From Asterias rubens (Eukaryota): a stretch of 64,000 nucleotides of DNA. The stretch lies in assembly GCF_902459465.1 (NCBI RefSeq), contig NC_047083.1, positions 434,001-498,000 on the forward strand, written 5' to 3'. Positions 13,072 to 25,800 of the stretch are shown in pieces. Positions within the stretch are counted from its first letter, which is position 1; each line of letters begins with the position of its first letter. A program made the translations under genes and the position numbers. A model generated the notes under the pieces. The model worked only from the letters and a program-made list of their open reading frames with translations, did not search any database and had not been told where the DNA came from.

Positions 13072-16000
13072 ATGTTTTTCTGCAGAGGTGGGAGGCAATC
13101 CCGACCCAAGTCCACCTTCATCCTGCTTGTTATACTCCTTGGCGCTGGTTACTTCTATATACGCTACTATAATTCAGACCAGCAGAACCAGCGCGATGGG
13201 AGTCTGTTTGAGGGGCGAGAAGCAGGGTTTGGTGGGGGAGGGAGAGCGCCGGAGCCCCCACTAGAAATCGGCAAGAGACCGGGTGATTTGGGTTTGGAAA
13301 GGAAGGTAGCTGCTGTCAAAGAAACTGTGAAGGAACCTGCAAAATATATATCAGGTAGGTACAACCGTATATGTAGAACCCCTCCGGGAAACGTTCCGTA
13401 TCTTGCCACCACTTGTTCACTTTATCTTGACAAAAGAAAAATATTTTTTTTTTGAGTAAATTTATTTTATTGCACTAACGAATGAAAAAGTGGTGGCAGG
13501 ATACTGAAAGGTATATTGAACATAGCTAACGCACTAAATTGGTCCTGGTGGCTATAGTCTAGAATTTGGGGAGAGCAAACCCTGGCTACACTCCTACCCA
13601 ACCACCTATCGCCCCTTCTTTCACTCTAAATCTGAATCTGAATCTGAATTATAGAGTCGGCAAAGCATCCTTTCAGGAAATATCACACCAACTTTTGTTT
13701 AGCTTGCGCGTCGCGTGGGGGGAGGGGGGGTTGACACTCTTCTTTCACCACATGGTCCAAATTGCATAAAGCCTCAATCACAGAAACTTGCTAAACTCGA
13801 CCGCACTTCGAAATGACTTAATGAAACTCAACAAATTATTAATTCGAGAAAACACAATAACATAAATTCCTTTGTTTTTCTCTACCAAAACGTCTGCAGC
13901 TTATAATACAACAAATTGTTATTTAATTTTGACCTTGTCACTATCGGCATACTTTAAACAACATTATTTTATTGATCAACATAATATATATATTTTTTCA
14001 ACCTGTATTTTAATGGGGAGATGAAAATAACAAACTTAAATTTTCACTAACAAGAACATGAACATAATGTGACCTACAGAATTAGTACGTCCCGTAGCTT
14101 TTGAACCCTGTATTCATCTAAACCTCTGTCTACGTCATTAACAAGGTTTACACGTTGGAGTAAAGTCCATTCCTCAAATGTTTATTCAAAAGATTCCAGA
14201 ACAGGCAACCGATCTTGAATAGAACACTTGTTTGAACAACATGGGTTGAGCAAAGATGTCCACTTTAGGGAGCGCCACTTTTACAAACACACTGTAGGTA
14301 TATTTGCTGTTAAGACCACACATGCCACGTATACAGTTTAGGCACTTTCAGACAGAATACACTCTGCTTTTTGTTCGAATTATACCTTAGTTATTCCATT
14401 TTATCTACTTTGGGAGCTTGAGTTTGGGGAAAAATCGTCAAAATATCAGAATAAACGTTTATGTGAAAGTTTATGACAGGAGATGTGAAACTACATGGTC
14501 TGCTTTGACGACTAGACGATTTAGTTGCTACGGTAGTATTGCGTAACAGTTTTGCCTATTGGACTCAAGGTGTCTTCAAGAAAACTACGTCAATGTATTT
14601 AGCCTCTTCTTACACCAGAAATCACCGCACAAAGGATATAGCAATTTTCCGTTTTTCATCGAGTATCATCGTCTGAAAGTGACAAGCATCAGAGGTATTA
14701 TACGACTGCAAAGAAGACTACATTCCAGTGATGTCCATAATAACTCTTTATTATCCTGTAATCAGATGAAACTGATAACTGATAGTCTCTTTTCGTGCCG
14801 CCGAGGTGCTGATCCAATCCAGATAACAGTAAATCTCCCGTGCTCAACGGAGATCTGATGACGACTTTTGTTTTTTCTCCAAATTCCCAGTGAAAGTTTT
14901 GAGAGAATTGTTTCACATTTTAAGTGAACCTTTTCAAGTGAATCTTTTTATAAAAGGGATTAATTTTCACAAACATCAGAGCGATGTTTACAATCAGGCA
15001 TTTAATCAGCCGGATGAACAGATTGAAGGGCACGTTGTTAATCATCATTGCGCTTTGTGCAGCAAGTTTCTACGTCGGACTTTACCTAAAAGCGGACTCA
15101 TCTAAGGCTACCCCTACCGACAAACGACTCGCTGAGCCCCGTCGTGCCGTGGACCCTCCTGATGCTCCGGTCGGTGCTCCGGTCGGTGCTCCGGTCGCTG
15201 TTCCGGTTCAACCAAGGCAAACAACATTAAACCAGATTATTACAGAGACAAAACCCAGATCTTTCATCTTAAATTCAGCCTCGACCAGTGCATTCAAGTC
15301 AGGTATAATTAATATCTTTATTTTCTAAACTTCCTAAGTTCCAGTCATTTGTATTTCACCCCTGTCCACACATTCCAGTAATACCAATGGAAACAAGACG
15401 AGTCTGTGAAGAAAGCAGTCAGGCTCCCATCCATTTGTGATGTAGACATCAGGGCAAAATTTCATATAACTGCTAAGCACAAACATTTGCATGACAATTC
15501 TTCCTTGATAAAAACAGGATTGCCAACCAAAGTTCCATTTGTTGCATATTGCTTGGTACTGTTATTCAGCTGTTGATTGCTTATAAAATTCACATGGAAG
15601 TTTGGTTGTTAATTCTGTTTTGACCAAGGCAAACATAATGCTCAGCAAATTTGTGTGCTAGCAGCTCCATGAAATTAGGCCCATGTTCACTTTATGCGCT
15701 GAGAGGCTTTTGCATCATTGTTTGTATCAGCCATTTTTATTTTAATATTTTTCAGAGTAACCCTTCTTTTTTACTCTTTATTTGTTTCTTTCCAAAGCTC
15801 TGAATAAAACTTGGATGACATGGACTGACATCGAGAGTCCTGGGGTCTACCGCGCATGCGTACCGAGACCCAAGGACGGCATTGAAATGACTGAAGTAGT
15901 AACGGGAGGACTGGTTGAACACTCTAACAGAATGACAATAACGCATTGTCTACACAGCTGCATTGCCCTCGTAAGTAAAATGGGACACGTTGGAACGCTA

Positions 16001-19000
16001 GGTGGCAGCAGACCTACCAGGTATAATTTCCAGCGCTTACATAATTCTGAGCATGTGCACATTGCCGAGAACAATGGATTTACCTGGTGACTCTGCTGCC
16101 ACCTAGAGTCTCAAAAGTTCCTCTTTTTTGGAAAGGATTACAAACCATCATTGTTTAATTTTAGTCTAAAGGTACGTGTATACTGATTGTATATGACAAC
16201 CATTCTGTGAAATATTTAACCCTAAAATGAAGTCATATTCAAGAAAATTGTTCTACTGTATTACTTCGAAATAAAATGGTTTCTTTTCATGATTCTCTCA
16301 ATGTTGTTTACACAATCGAAAGCTGTACTTCAATAACCAAGTAAGTTTGTTTTGCCAATCATTTTAGCAGTGATTTCCAAACGTATACCTGAAGGAAACA
16401 ACATCTAAGTATGCTTTTACGGGTCGAAATGTTTGAATAATGTATGCAACTTCTTCTTGTAGGGTTTCACCTATGCTGCCCTCAGTCGTGGTACTGAATG
16501 TTTCTGTAGTGACGTCAAAGGTGAATCACCTCTGCTGAACTATATGGAGAGCGCCCTCTGCGACATACCGTGCTCAGGTGAAGGCAGGTATCACTGCGGT
16601 GGTGCTCATCATATGTCGCTCTACAGAACGGCTGTGCCAGGTAAAGTTCTTATGTCACTGTTTTGTCCCAACTTGACAATCGTCCCAACTATAGTTGGGA
16701 CACCAAATATAGTTGGGACAGGTCCCAACTTGAGTTCAAGTTGGGACGTCCCAACTGTAGTTGGGGAAAGCCCAATAGAACTCTTAGGCCCTTATACAGG
16801 CTGCAAGGTACATGATAGCATCCACCAACTATTAAAAAAAAATTAAGAAAACAAAAAAAATAAGAACAAGAAAGAACGATTATTGTACTTGTAGATAACG
16901 CAAAACAAAACCAACATTTATTTATTCAATCGTAATGTTGTTATTAAAAAGAAAAACAGAGTTACGATTATGTTATTTACCTTTCAAAAGCGTTTTTTTT
17001 TTTTAAACCAAAGTACAAGTAGTAGTAATGCTAGTTTTTTAATTTTAGTGTTTATCCCTCAGTGTTTTTAATTATTGATGGCTGTGTACAGGTTCTGCAT
17101 TTAATTACATTTTAACTGCATTATCTCTAAGGTTTTATTTATAACTGTATAGATTTTAATGGGTTTGCTTTTAATTGTTCAGCGCCCAGGAGCATGTTTC
17201 ATGGATGGGCGCTATATAAATTGCCATTATTATTGATTCATAATTGATAAATAATTCCCATAATTCTCACCCCTTGTTTGATTTGACAGATAATCGTTGT
17301 TCTAAAGTTGAGCTAAAGCCGGTAGGTAGCTTGCCCCTGGTTGCTCTAGCTAGCTACCCCCGGTCTGGTAACACTTGGACACGGCAGCTCATCGAGCGAG
17401 GAACCGGGCTCCTGACGGGAAGTGTGCACTGGGTCAATGAGAAAGATATGACCATCTCCAAGAAAAGTAAGTCATTTTGAAATTCCTTTTTTAATATTTT
17501 ATTGTATACCATGCTGTATTGTCTTCAGCACCTTCAGTTCCTTAAAGACCCTGGACACTATTTGGCAATTGTTGAAGACCAGTCTTCTCACTTGGTGTAT
17601 CTCAACATTATGCACAAAATAACAAACCTGTAGAAATTTGAACTCAATTGGTCGTCGAAGTTGCGTGATAATAATGGGAAAAAAAAACACCCTTGTCACA
17701 TGAAGTTGTGTGCTTTCAGATGCTTGATTTCAGGACCTCAAAATCTAATTCTGAGGTCTCGAAATCATATTAAAATATTTTAGTGGAAAATTACTTATTT
17801 CTCGAAAACTACGTTACTTCAGAGAGGGAGCCGTTTCTCACAATGTTTTATAATTATCAACAGCTCTCCAATGCTTGTTGCAAGTAAGTGTTTATGCTAA
17901 CAATTATTTTGATTAATTACCAATAGTGTCCCTGCCTTCCAGTTTTTTCTCTTCTGATTGCACTTTTGTGTGCGATCTGCACTCGACCAACAAGCACTGT
18001 CCTCCGCCCTCAATCACATGTTATGGACCAATACATGACATTCCAATGTGTATCTGTTTTAATTGTACCCTTTCGTACATTACAAAGACCATAAATCAGT
18101 ATTTTTATGCGAGTGTCTTTAAAATCAGCATTGAAGAAATAAATTAAAACAATAATTTACAATAATTTCCTTCCTGCAGTATTTCCCGGTGGAAACATCG
18201 ACTACCATTCTCGGCAGACCATCTGCGTCAAGTCCCACCTCAACGAGGCTAAGCATATCCAGACGTTTGAGGGCGCTGTTCTTCTCATTAGAAACCCTTA
18301 TAGCGCTCTTGTGGCGGAGATCTTCCGGAGGCAGATGTTAGATCAAGCGAAGACAGCGGAGGAAACCATTCAGTATTTCAATTCTCCCGGTAAGACGAGG
18401 ATCCTTCTCTTTTTTCGTATCTTCTTCAAATACTAAAATGGATACGGTTAAAAAAGGTCATATCACTGCCCTCAAAATGAGGATGAATTTTACGGTTTCT
18501 GGGCATTACAAAACAGTTCTTCTCTTCATAGTCAAATGTGAGACTTTTGGGGACATTACGTTGCAGCAGACTTAAAAGGTAAAACCTTTGTTCTTGGGAA
18601 TGTGCGCATGATCAGAACTACGTAATAAGTGGAAATTGTCATAGTAGGTCTGCTGCCACAAAGCATTCTAAAGTCTCCCATTGGAAGAAGGTTTTTAAAG
18701 TTTTCATCAGGCTGAGAATCACTTGAAGATCAAGTAGCGAATGAATCAATAGTAACTTTTAGTTTTGTTGTTAATTTGGCACTGTGAAACTAAAGTTCTT
18801 TTGTGGCACAAGCCTATGTAGAAAGTGTTTTCTCACTGGAATTTCCGAGTTCATGAGTCATACTTCCTAAAAGGTATGCCATCGGGCCTGTCTGAGGAAA
18901 GAACTTGACAGATTTTACCTCTCTTTTGCTGAAAACCGAATACTGAGTAATTAAAGGCACTGGACACTAGGCCTATTGGTAATCACTCAAATTAATTGTG

Positions 19001-19817
19001 AGCAAAAAAACTTACTTGGTAACGAGCAATAGAGAGCTGTTGATAGTATAAAACATTGTGACACAACTTGTGCAACATTACTCTTTCGCAACTTCGACGA
19101 CCAATTGAGTTCAAATTTTCACAGGTTTGTTGTTATGCATAATAATGTCGAGGTACACCAAGTGAGAAGACTGGTCTTTTACAGTTACCAAAGGTGTCCA
19201 GGTCTTTAACTATTCGTGTGTTTTTGGTCACTGTCGCTGCTAGGCCATCGAAGGGTTTTTATACCAATGTTTCAAGACAGATCTTCTTTTTGTGAAAACA
19301 AGTACAGCGTGCATGGGTGTATGCTTTGAGTGTGGAAACCCTTATGGAGTGTGGGCAATAATATTGTTCTGAAACTAGTAATTAAAAACTGTTTAAAGTG
19401 TTTTTTGTTTGTGGTTTATCTTCCGTGACAGAATGGAGAAACTTTGCCGAGAACCAATCAAAGAGCTGGAAGAAAATGGCGGTTCAGTGGATCACAAATT
19501 CGAAAAAGATCTTTGTGGCTCACTACGAGAATCTTCAGGAAAACACCAACGAAGAACTCACAAAGATTGTACAGTTCCTAAACGTCCCTGTAGATAAACA
19601 ACGTGTGTTGTGCGCCGTACAGGAGCACCCGTCTTCTAAAGCCACTGGTATTGCTCTTGGCAACCATGGACGAAAGACCCGCGTGTATCTGACTAAAGAT
19701 CCATTCCCAAGCGATGTCCGGAAACTGGTCGATGATAATATTAAAGAGGTGAACGCAACTCTGATAGCACATAAGCTAACACCACTCCCGAGAGACTACT
19801 CTGTAGAAGTATACTAA
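13072..19817 (+). CDS. WSCD: WSC-domain sulfotransferase, paralogue A (WSCD1/2 family, sialate O-sulfotransferase-like); exons 13072-13354 OR 14984/15014-15302, then 15798-15970, 16463-16640, 17290-17466, 18180-18389, 19432-19817
   Basis: Signal anchor. WSC cysteine pattern (YRACV..CLHSC..GFTYAALSRGTECFCS..CDIPCSG..CGG..SLYR). 5'-PSB motif ALASYPRSGNTW, TICVKSH and 3'-PB motif LLIRNPYSALVAE, matching the recalled WSCD motifs ALASFPGAGNTW / CVKTH / LLIRNPY..AEF. All GT-AG phases are consistent. Confidence 0.92.
14984..15302 (+). CDS. Alternative first coding exon (1b) of WSCD paralogue A
   Basis: Own ATG, hydrophobic anchor LLIIIALCAASFYVGLYL, Pro-rich stem, and a phase-1 donor G|GTATAA compatible with the exon starting at 15798. 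Confidence 0.75.
15998..16106. mobile_element. Inverted-repeat core CTAGGTGGCAGCAG...CTGCTGCCACCTAG; copies at about 18560-18660 and 31290-31396
   Basis: About 26-bp inverted arms around a shared spacer (TTCTGAGCATGTGCACATT / AATGTGCGCATGATCAGAA) at three sites. Confidence 0.75.
17542..17938 (-). mobile_element. Kolobok-like MITE family K1, reverse copy
   Basis: Reverse complement of the 27903-28289 element. Confidence 0.85.
18951..19209 (+). mobile_element. K1 MITE, internally deleted copy
   Basis: TTAAAGGCACTGGACAC...GTGTCCAGGTCTTTAA termini, with the central hairpin segment missing. Confidence 0.85.
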
Positions 19818-19950
19818 TCCCGTCAACAGCCGTCAATAACAGACAGTTGATTATTCGTATAAGCTTACATCACTCCCGAGAGACTACTCTGTGTAGAAGT
19901 ATACTAATCCCGTCAAACGACCGTCAATAACAGACAGTTGATTATTCGTA
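19771..19950 (+). repeat. Head-to-tail duplication (about 87-93 bp) of the last codons, stop and proximal 3' UTR of WSCD-A
   Basis: ATAAGCT.ACA.CACTCCCGAGAGACTACTCTGT(GT)AGAAGTATACTAATCCCGTCAA...TTATTCGTA at 19771 and 19858. Confidence 0.9.
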
Positions 19951-20275
19951 CGAGAGGAGTTGTGACGATGCATAGGCAATCACGTGTTTATTTCAACAAA
20001 CGAAGAAATACAAAATATTATTATTATTAATTAAACGAACTTACTACTATTTTCACTAGATACTTAACTTCCTTTTGTTAAAGGGCATTAAATGAACTCA
20101 ACTGAAGCTAAAAGAAAGCGAGAAACAGCGAACCGCAAGAAGATAATGTTATTATATATTTTTTTAGAAGCTGCCCTGCTTATAAGCATGAAGGTATTCT
20201 GTTTATCAGGATGCTGTTTTAGTTTTAAGATTCTGTCTGTTTCACAATACCGTGAATTATATACAAACTTATTCT

Positions 20276-20787
20276 GCGGTAGATTTCACAAGACTTTACG
20301 CAACTGCATACTCTCTTAATGTAAAAGAGTGAAAAAGCACTCTTTGAAGAGCCATACTCTTTTTCGAGTGGTCTTCCACTCTTTTAGATTGAAGTTTGCA
20401 TCTTTTTGAATGTTGAACTCTGTGAAATAACCACAATTCTTTTTAAAGAGCCATATGAGGGACAACTCGAAATGTACAGAGTGGTGTTTTTCACTCTTTT
20501 ACATTTTAGAGAGTAAGTCGAGCATTTATTGCTCATAGTTGTGCACCAATGACACAATAACTCTTGCACAAGTGGAATATACCTTAATCGCGGTGTGGCC
20601 ATCTTGGTTTTACTCCATTCCAACTCATTGCAGCCAAAGTGAGGCTGGACGAAATAATAGTCTGGTGCCGTGTTTGCGAAATTTACGTAAGCATTTACTG
20701 CACTTGGAAACAGGGAACATGACCACTGGTGACAGTGTGATGAAGGTCTATTGGCGCAGTTGTGTAAAGTTTCATGAAATCGGCTGC
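20276..20787. mobile_element. MITE with about 32-bp imperfect TIRs
   Basis: GCGGTAGATTTCACAAGACTTTACGCAACTGC versus GCAGTTGTGTAAAGTTTCATGAAATCGGCTGC, plus the inner inverted pair TGTAAAAGAGTGAAAAA / TTTTTCACTCTTTTACA. Confidence 0.65.
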
Positions 20788-21269
20788 CGAATAGCGCCCT
20801 CTTTGAACCATTCTCCTTCAACCCATGATCATTTTAAATAATGGGTTGGCAGATGCGGATATTTCGAGGGACAAATTTCCCATCGACACTGGCACAGATT
20901 TATAAACTGCATATAAAGCAACTTCAAAGAGGGTGCCTTTTAGGCTTGTGACGTCATAAGAAAACTGAATGTTTTAATTTTGTATTTTTTTTCACACTAT
21001 AATGATCATAGAGCTGATCAACTTGTCTTTCAATCTGTTCTTTTCAGAGTTAGTTCCTTCGATATTCATTTATGTGTTTACATTTTTATTTAAATTTTTT
21101 AGTACGAGTTATAAACTAAACAGGTGTCTAACTGAACACTGAGAAATAAATCAGCTGAAACAATAATGAGTTTATTTCCACAGTTCAACTTTATTTTGCA
21201 CTGTTTGCATGATAGGGTTGTCATGTCCCGAGTCGTTCCCCGACGTAGTTTGCGATAATAACCAATTCT

Positions 21270-21548
21270 TATAATATAGCGCATTTCACAATAACCGTAT
21301 CAATGCGCTTTACATGAGTGCCCTGGTCATAGGACCAATAACATCCCTTTTTAATGTTTCTCAGCTCCCTTGGGAGTATACAACCTGGGCAACAGTTTAT
21401 ATCGCTCCAAAGGCTTTTTCATACACAATATCATCCTCTACCCTCGCAGGTACCCATTTATACCCCTGGGTGAAGAGAAGCAATTATGGTAAAGTATCTT
21501 GCTCAAGGACACAAGTGTCACGACCGGGATTCGAACCCACACTCCGGT
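21270..21548 (-). mobile_element. tRNA-derived SINE with CORE-like segment
   Basis: Minus-strand GGTTCGAATCC (21527-21537) followed by GTGTCCTTGAGCAAGATACTTTAC, and a GCGCTATATTA-type 3' tail. Confidence 0.75.
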
Positions 21549-22834
21549 GAATTATCGATGAAGATTAAGATGGTAAACGAAACAAGTTTATACTTATAAG
21601 AATGTACAGATTTATTTACAATATTACACGAGTTAAAAGTTTCACCAAAATAAAAAAATACGATATCTTAGGAATAACTTTGTGTGAGTGTCACTCCTTG
21701 TCTATACATCTCTACACCAGTCCAACTCCTCGTCTTAAGAGTTAGCACTCATTCAATTTCAAATAGGCAAACAACATTTTAAAATAATTGATCGTCCTCT
21801 CCCTCATACATTTTCGAGGCCGCATCCTTTTTATTTCCCTTTTTTTAATTCCATTTTTGTTCTGCAAAGGGCAAATATTCTGTGTAATTCTCATTCAGAA
21901 CTGACTAATCTCTTAAGAACTTGTACACTATGGCCTTCATAAAGTAAGTGGATACTTTTAAACTGAAGAATTGGTGGCCAGTTTCAATTTAAATGCTTGG
22001 CGGTAACCTTTGAAGAAAAAAAAGAAAGAAAAAAAAACAGCAATAAAAAGGCCCTCATCCTCCTCGTTTTGGAAAAACCCGGACGATCAACTTTTTTTTT
22101 ACCATACTTTTTTCATTTCATTTTCATTAATTATTTTCTTGATCTGTCCTTGACTGTCTTTGACTTATTGTACTTAATTTGTTTATTATTCTCTTGTTTT
22201 GACCGATTTGGACATAAATGTTGATTGAATTGAATAGAGTTGATCATGATGGCGCAGCGCCACGTTTTCACCCTCTACTGGTTGCCTGTCTGCTCCCGTG
22301 CATTGTTGTAGATGCCACGCTTCGGTACCCATCTACAGTCAACAACCTATCGACTCAGACACCTGTGAAAGCTACCCGATTGCTGTTTTTGTAAAGCTAT
22401 GTCCTAGACAAGACTAACAGTCATCATCGTATACTGTGAAGTGCAACAAATGTGAGCAGGCCGTGGGAACACACATTTTTGTCGCGATCCATGTGAACAT
22501 TTTTGTATAAACTGCCATCTCAATGCCGATCGATCTGTTTTAAGATCGCAGTGTTCTATAGGTAAAGATAAGCGAGTGATAAACACACAGGTAAAGCCTA
22601 TCTAAACCTACATCTACGCTGGAACTCAGCAAAGTCTACTTCTGGATGTAAACGCTTAGGTGAAGACTATATGGGCGTGAATCAGGTGGAAAGTTGTGCC
22701 AAATACAAGTAAAACAACACTGGTTGGAGCCGCATGACTCTGAGGTTACTACCGAAAGTAACTGACTGGTAATTAACAAACAGGTGTGAGCAGATTATGC
22801 AGCCGATTCTTTAGCTTGCTATCACAGGTACACC

Positions 22835-25800
22835 ATGACTCGTCGAACGTATCAAACAACATGTCGGTTTCTAAACTTGCCAGTCAGACTATTGGCACTA
22901 GTTTTACTGATAGTAGGAGGTTATCGTATCGCGAAAAGTTGTAATCGAATTGAGAAGGGTACCAACGTATCTAAACAAGAAGTACAGCAAGACGGCGACG
23001 GACAAGGTCAGGTGCCAGAAATTCCTCAGCATCCAGCATCTCTTCCTGACACCAAGGAGAAGTTTATTTCCGGTAAGTCCCACTCCCTTTTACTCACCCC
23101 TCCTCCCAACCCAAATGACTCCTCCCTTAACACCCTTCCCAACCCCAATACCCCCTTCCCTACTCACACGCACACTATTGTGTATACACCTGCAACCGTG
23201 GATGTCCCTGTTTTTTTTTGCAACAGCTCCCATAATACTGGCTTTGCCTACGTTTTCCAATTAATTATTAAAAAAATGTACCTTTTTTCATGTTGACAGT
23301 AAAAATTTTAAGCATACAGTAGAAAACAAATATTGATGAGTATAATAATGAAGGATGGATGCCAGACAATTTAACAGTAATACAATGTATAGAAGTTTGA
23401 AGAAAATAACTACAGAAATTAACGAGCTAGTCAACATACAGGACAAAGTTTACGCATCATGCTTTTGTATATTTCCCTGAGACAAACAAGGACTTTGACG
23501 ACAAGAAAGAAAACAAAAACACAGAACAAAGAAACAAAAACACAAACAACTGAGGATCTTTCCCGAACCGTGGAATCATTATCCCTTTTTTATTTTGTAT
23601 TATTGGTTTATTCTTTAAAATAAACTCCCATGGCGACCAAAGGTGGATTTACAGGAAAACATACAGAGATTAAAAACTAGGAGAAAAACAAAATTAGAAA
23701 ACATTAGAAAAAAATTACACTAAAAAAACGTGATCAGTATAAAGTTACTTTAGGTTAATATTTTGATACCTTTTCATTTTTAAACTTGTGTTGTTTTTGG
23801 TTTGGGTTTGTTGGTTTCGATTTTAATGTTTTGTGGCTGTAGAGAAAGAGGTTTGAGGATCGGAAGGGGGTGGAGTGAGGGCCTCCTGCGCCATGCACAC
23901 ACTAATTCTTCCTTTCAAGCGCTGCTTCAATAATTGAAGATTACCGCATTGCGGCTCGGCGCACGCGTGAAACCATGATTAATTGTTTTAATCTGTTGTT
24001 AATTTATCAAAAAAAAAAATACAAATACAAATCACTCATACAATTAATAGAATGGTAATTTATTATTACTTATTTTAAATGCGAATACACACATCTATAC
24101 CTCGTCTTTTATTATAACAATATTCCTGTTTTGTAGCAGCTCTTAATAAAACGTGGATGACATGGACTACTATTGATAGCCCAGGGGTGTACCGCGCATG
24201 CGTTCCAAGACCTAAAGATGTGTTAACAGCGCATGATATTGTGACGGCTGGATTGGCGAAAGAGTCGACGGACATGACTATTGGACTGTGCCTAAAAACA
24301 TGCATCTCGCTTGTAAGTTGTTAACAAATATTCAAAAGTTTTCCTATGATTTATTATGTTAATGATTAAAAGAACTGGGACCCAATCAGCTATTTTGCAC
24401 ATAACATATAAGGCCAGATAAAAAAAAATATTAGTTGATCGTCCCCTCCCTCATCCTTTTTTGAGGCCGCATCCTTTTTAAAAACTTTTGTTCCCTTTGT
24501 TTTCTTCAAAAAGACACATTTTCTGTGTATTTCTCATTGAACTTACTTGTACTTGTTAACTACTGCTGCATGAAGTAAGTGGTGACTTTCAAACTGAAAA
24601 ATTGGTATCCAATTTGAATTAAAGGGCTTAGCGGAAACCTTTGAAATAAATAAAAAATAACAAATTAATTTGCCCTCGTCCTAATATACACCCTTTTAGG
24701 AAAAACCTGGATGATCAACTTGTATTGTTTTTTACTTGGCCTTATATAGCAGTATAGTAGTTTGGCTAATAACTGTAGTTTGGCTGGTACCTTGGTAGTT
24801 TTGGCTGGTACCTTGGTAGTTTGGCTGGTACCTTGGTAGTTTGGCGGTTAACTTGGTAGTTTGGCTGGTAACTTGGTAGTTTGACTGGTATTAAACTTGG
24901 TACTTTGGCTGATAACCTTTTCCTTTCATATTTATATGTTTTTACGAAACCGAGGCCGTAAAGAATTTACAGTATGGCCCCTCATTATGTTTCGTGTAGT
25001 AGAGTAGTAAAAACAAACAGGAAACCAAACATTGCCATGATAAATCCTCAAAAATGAGTAACTATACCGATTTTTTTGTCTATAATGCAGCATCTCACCT
25101 ATGCCGCCCTCAGTCGGGGAAGTCAGTGTTTCTGTAGTGACGTCAAAGCCGAATCAGTTTTGTTAGACTACATGGAGAGCGCCCTCTGCGATAAACCATG
25201 CTCAGGTGACCCGAAGTACCACTGTGGAGGGTTTGAGTTTATGTCTTTATACCGGACATCAGTTCCAGGTGGGTGTGGTTTCTCTTCCCCCAACTTCAGT
25301 TGAAGTCTTATTTTTATTTGGTCTCTATCAACAGCACTGCTCTCCATTGCTCCTTATGCCAACAATTATATCAAGAATTTACCACTAGTGTCCAGTGCCT
25401 TTAAAAAGTTTTGATCTGTTGACTATTTTGTAGATCTTCGATGTTCAAAAGTGGAGCTGAAAGCTAAGAACAGTCTACCGTTTATCGCTTTGGCGAGCTA
25501 CCCTCGATCCGGGAACACGTGGACCCGTTCGCTCATCGAGAAAGGAACAGGAATACCGACTGGAAGTGTCTACTGGAAAGGCGAGAGTAAAATGCAAATC
25601 TCAAAGAAAGGTACATTGTTTGAATGAATGACGTCAAAGCATACGTAATATTGATGTGAATCTAATCATTTATTGTTTTATACTAGTTACAGTTAGCAAT
25701 CATATATATTTGTGTTTACTCTTACAGTCTTCATTGGTGGGAACGTTGACTACAAAACGAAGCAGACAATTTGCATCAAATCTCACCTGAGTGACACTAG

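Noticed and set aside
20384-20821. 145-aa minus-strand ORF as a transposase
   Set aside because: It lies in a ~510-bp MITE and shows no DDE or other recognisable motif.
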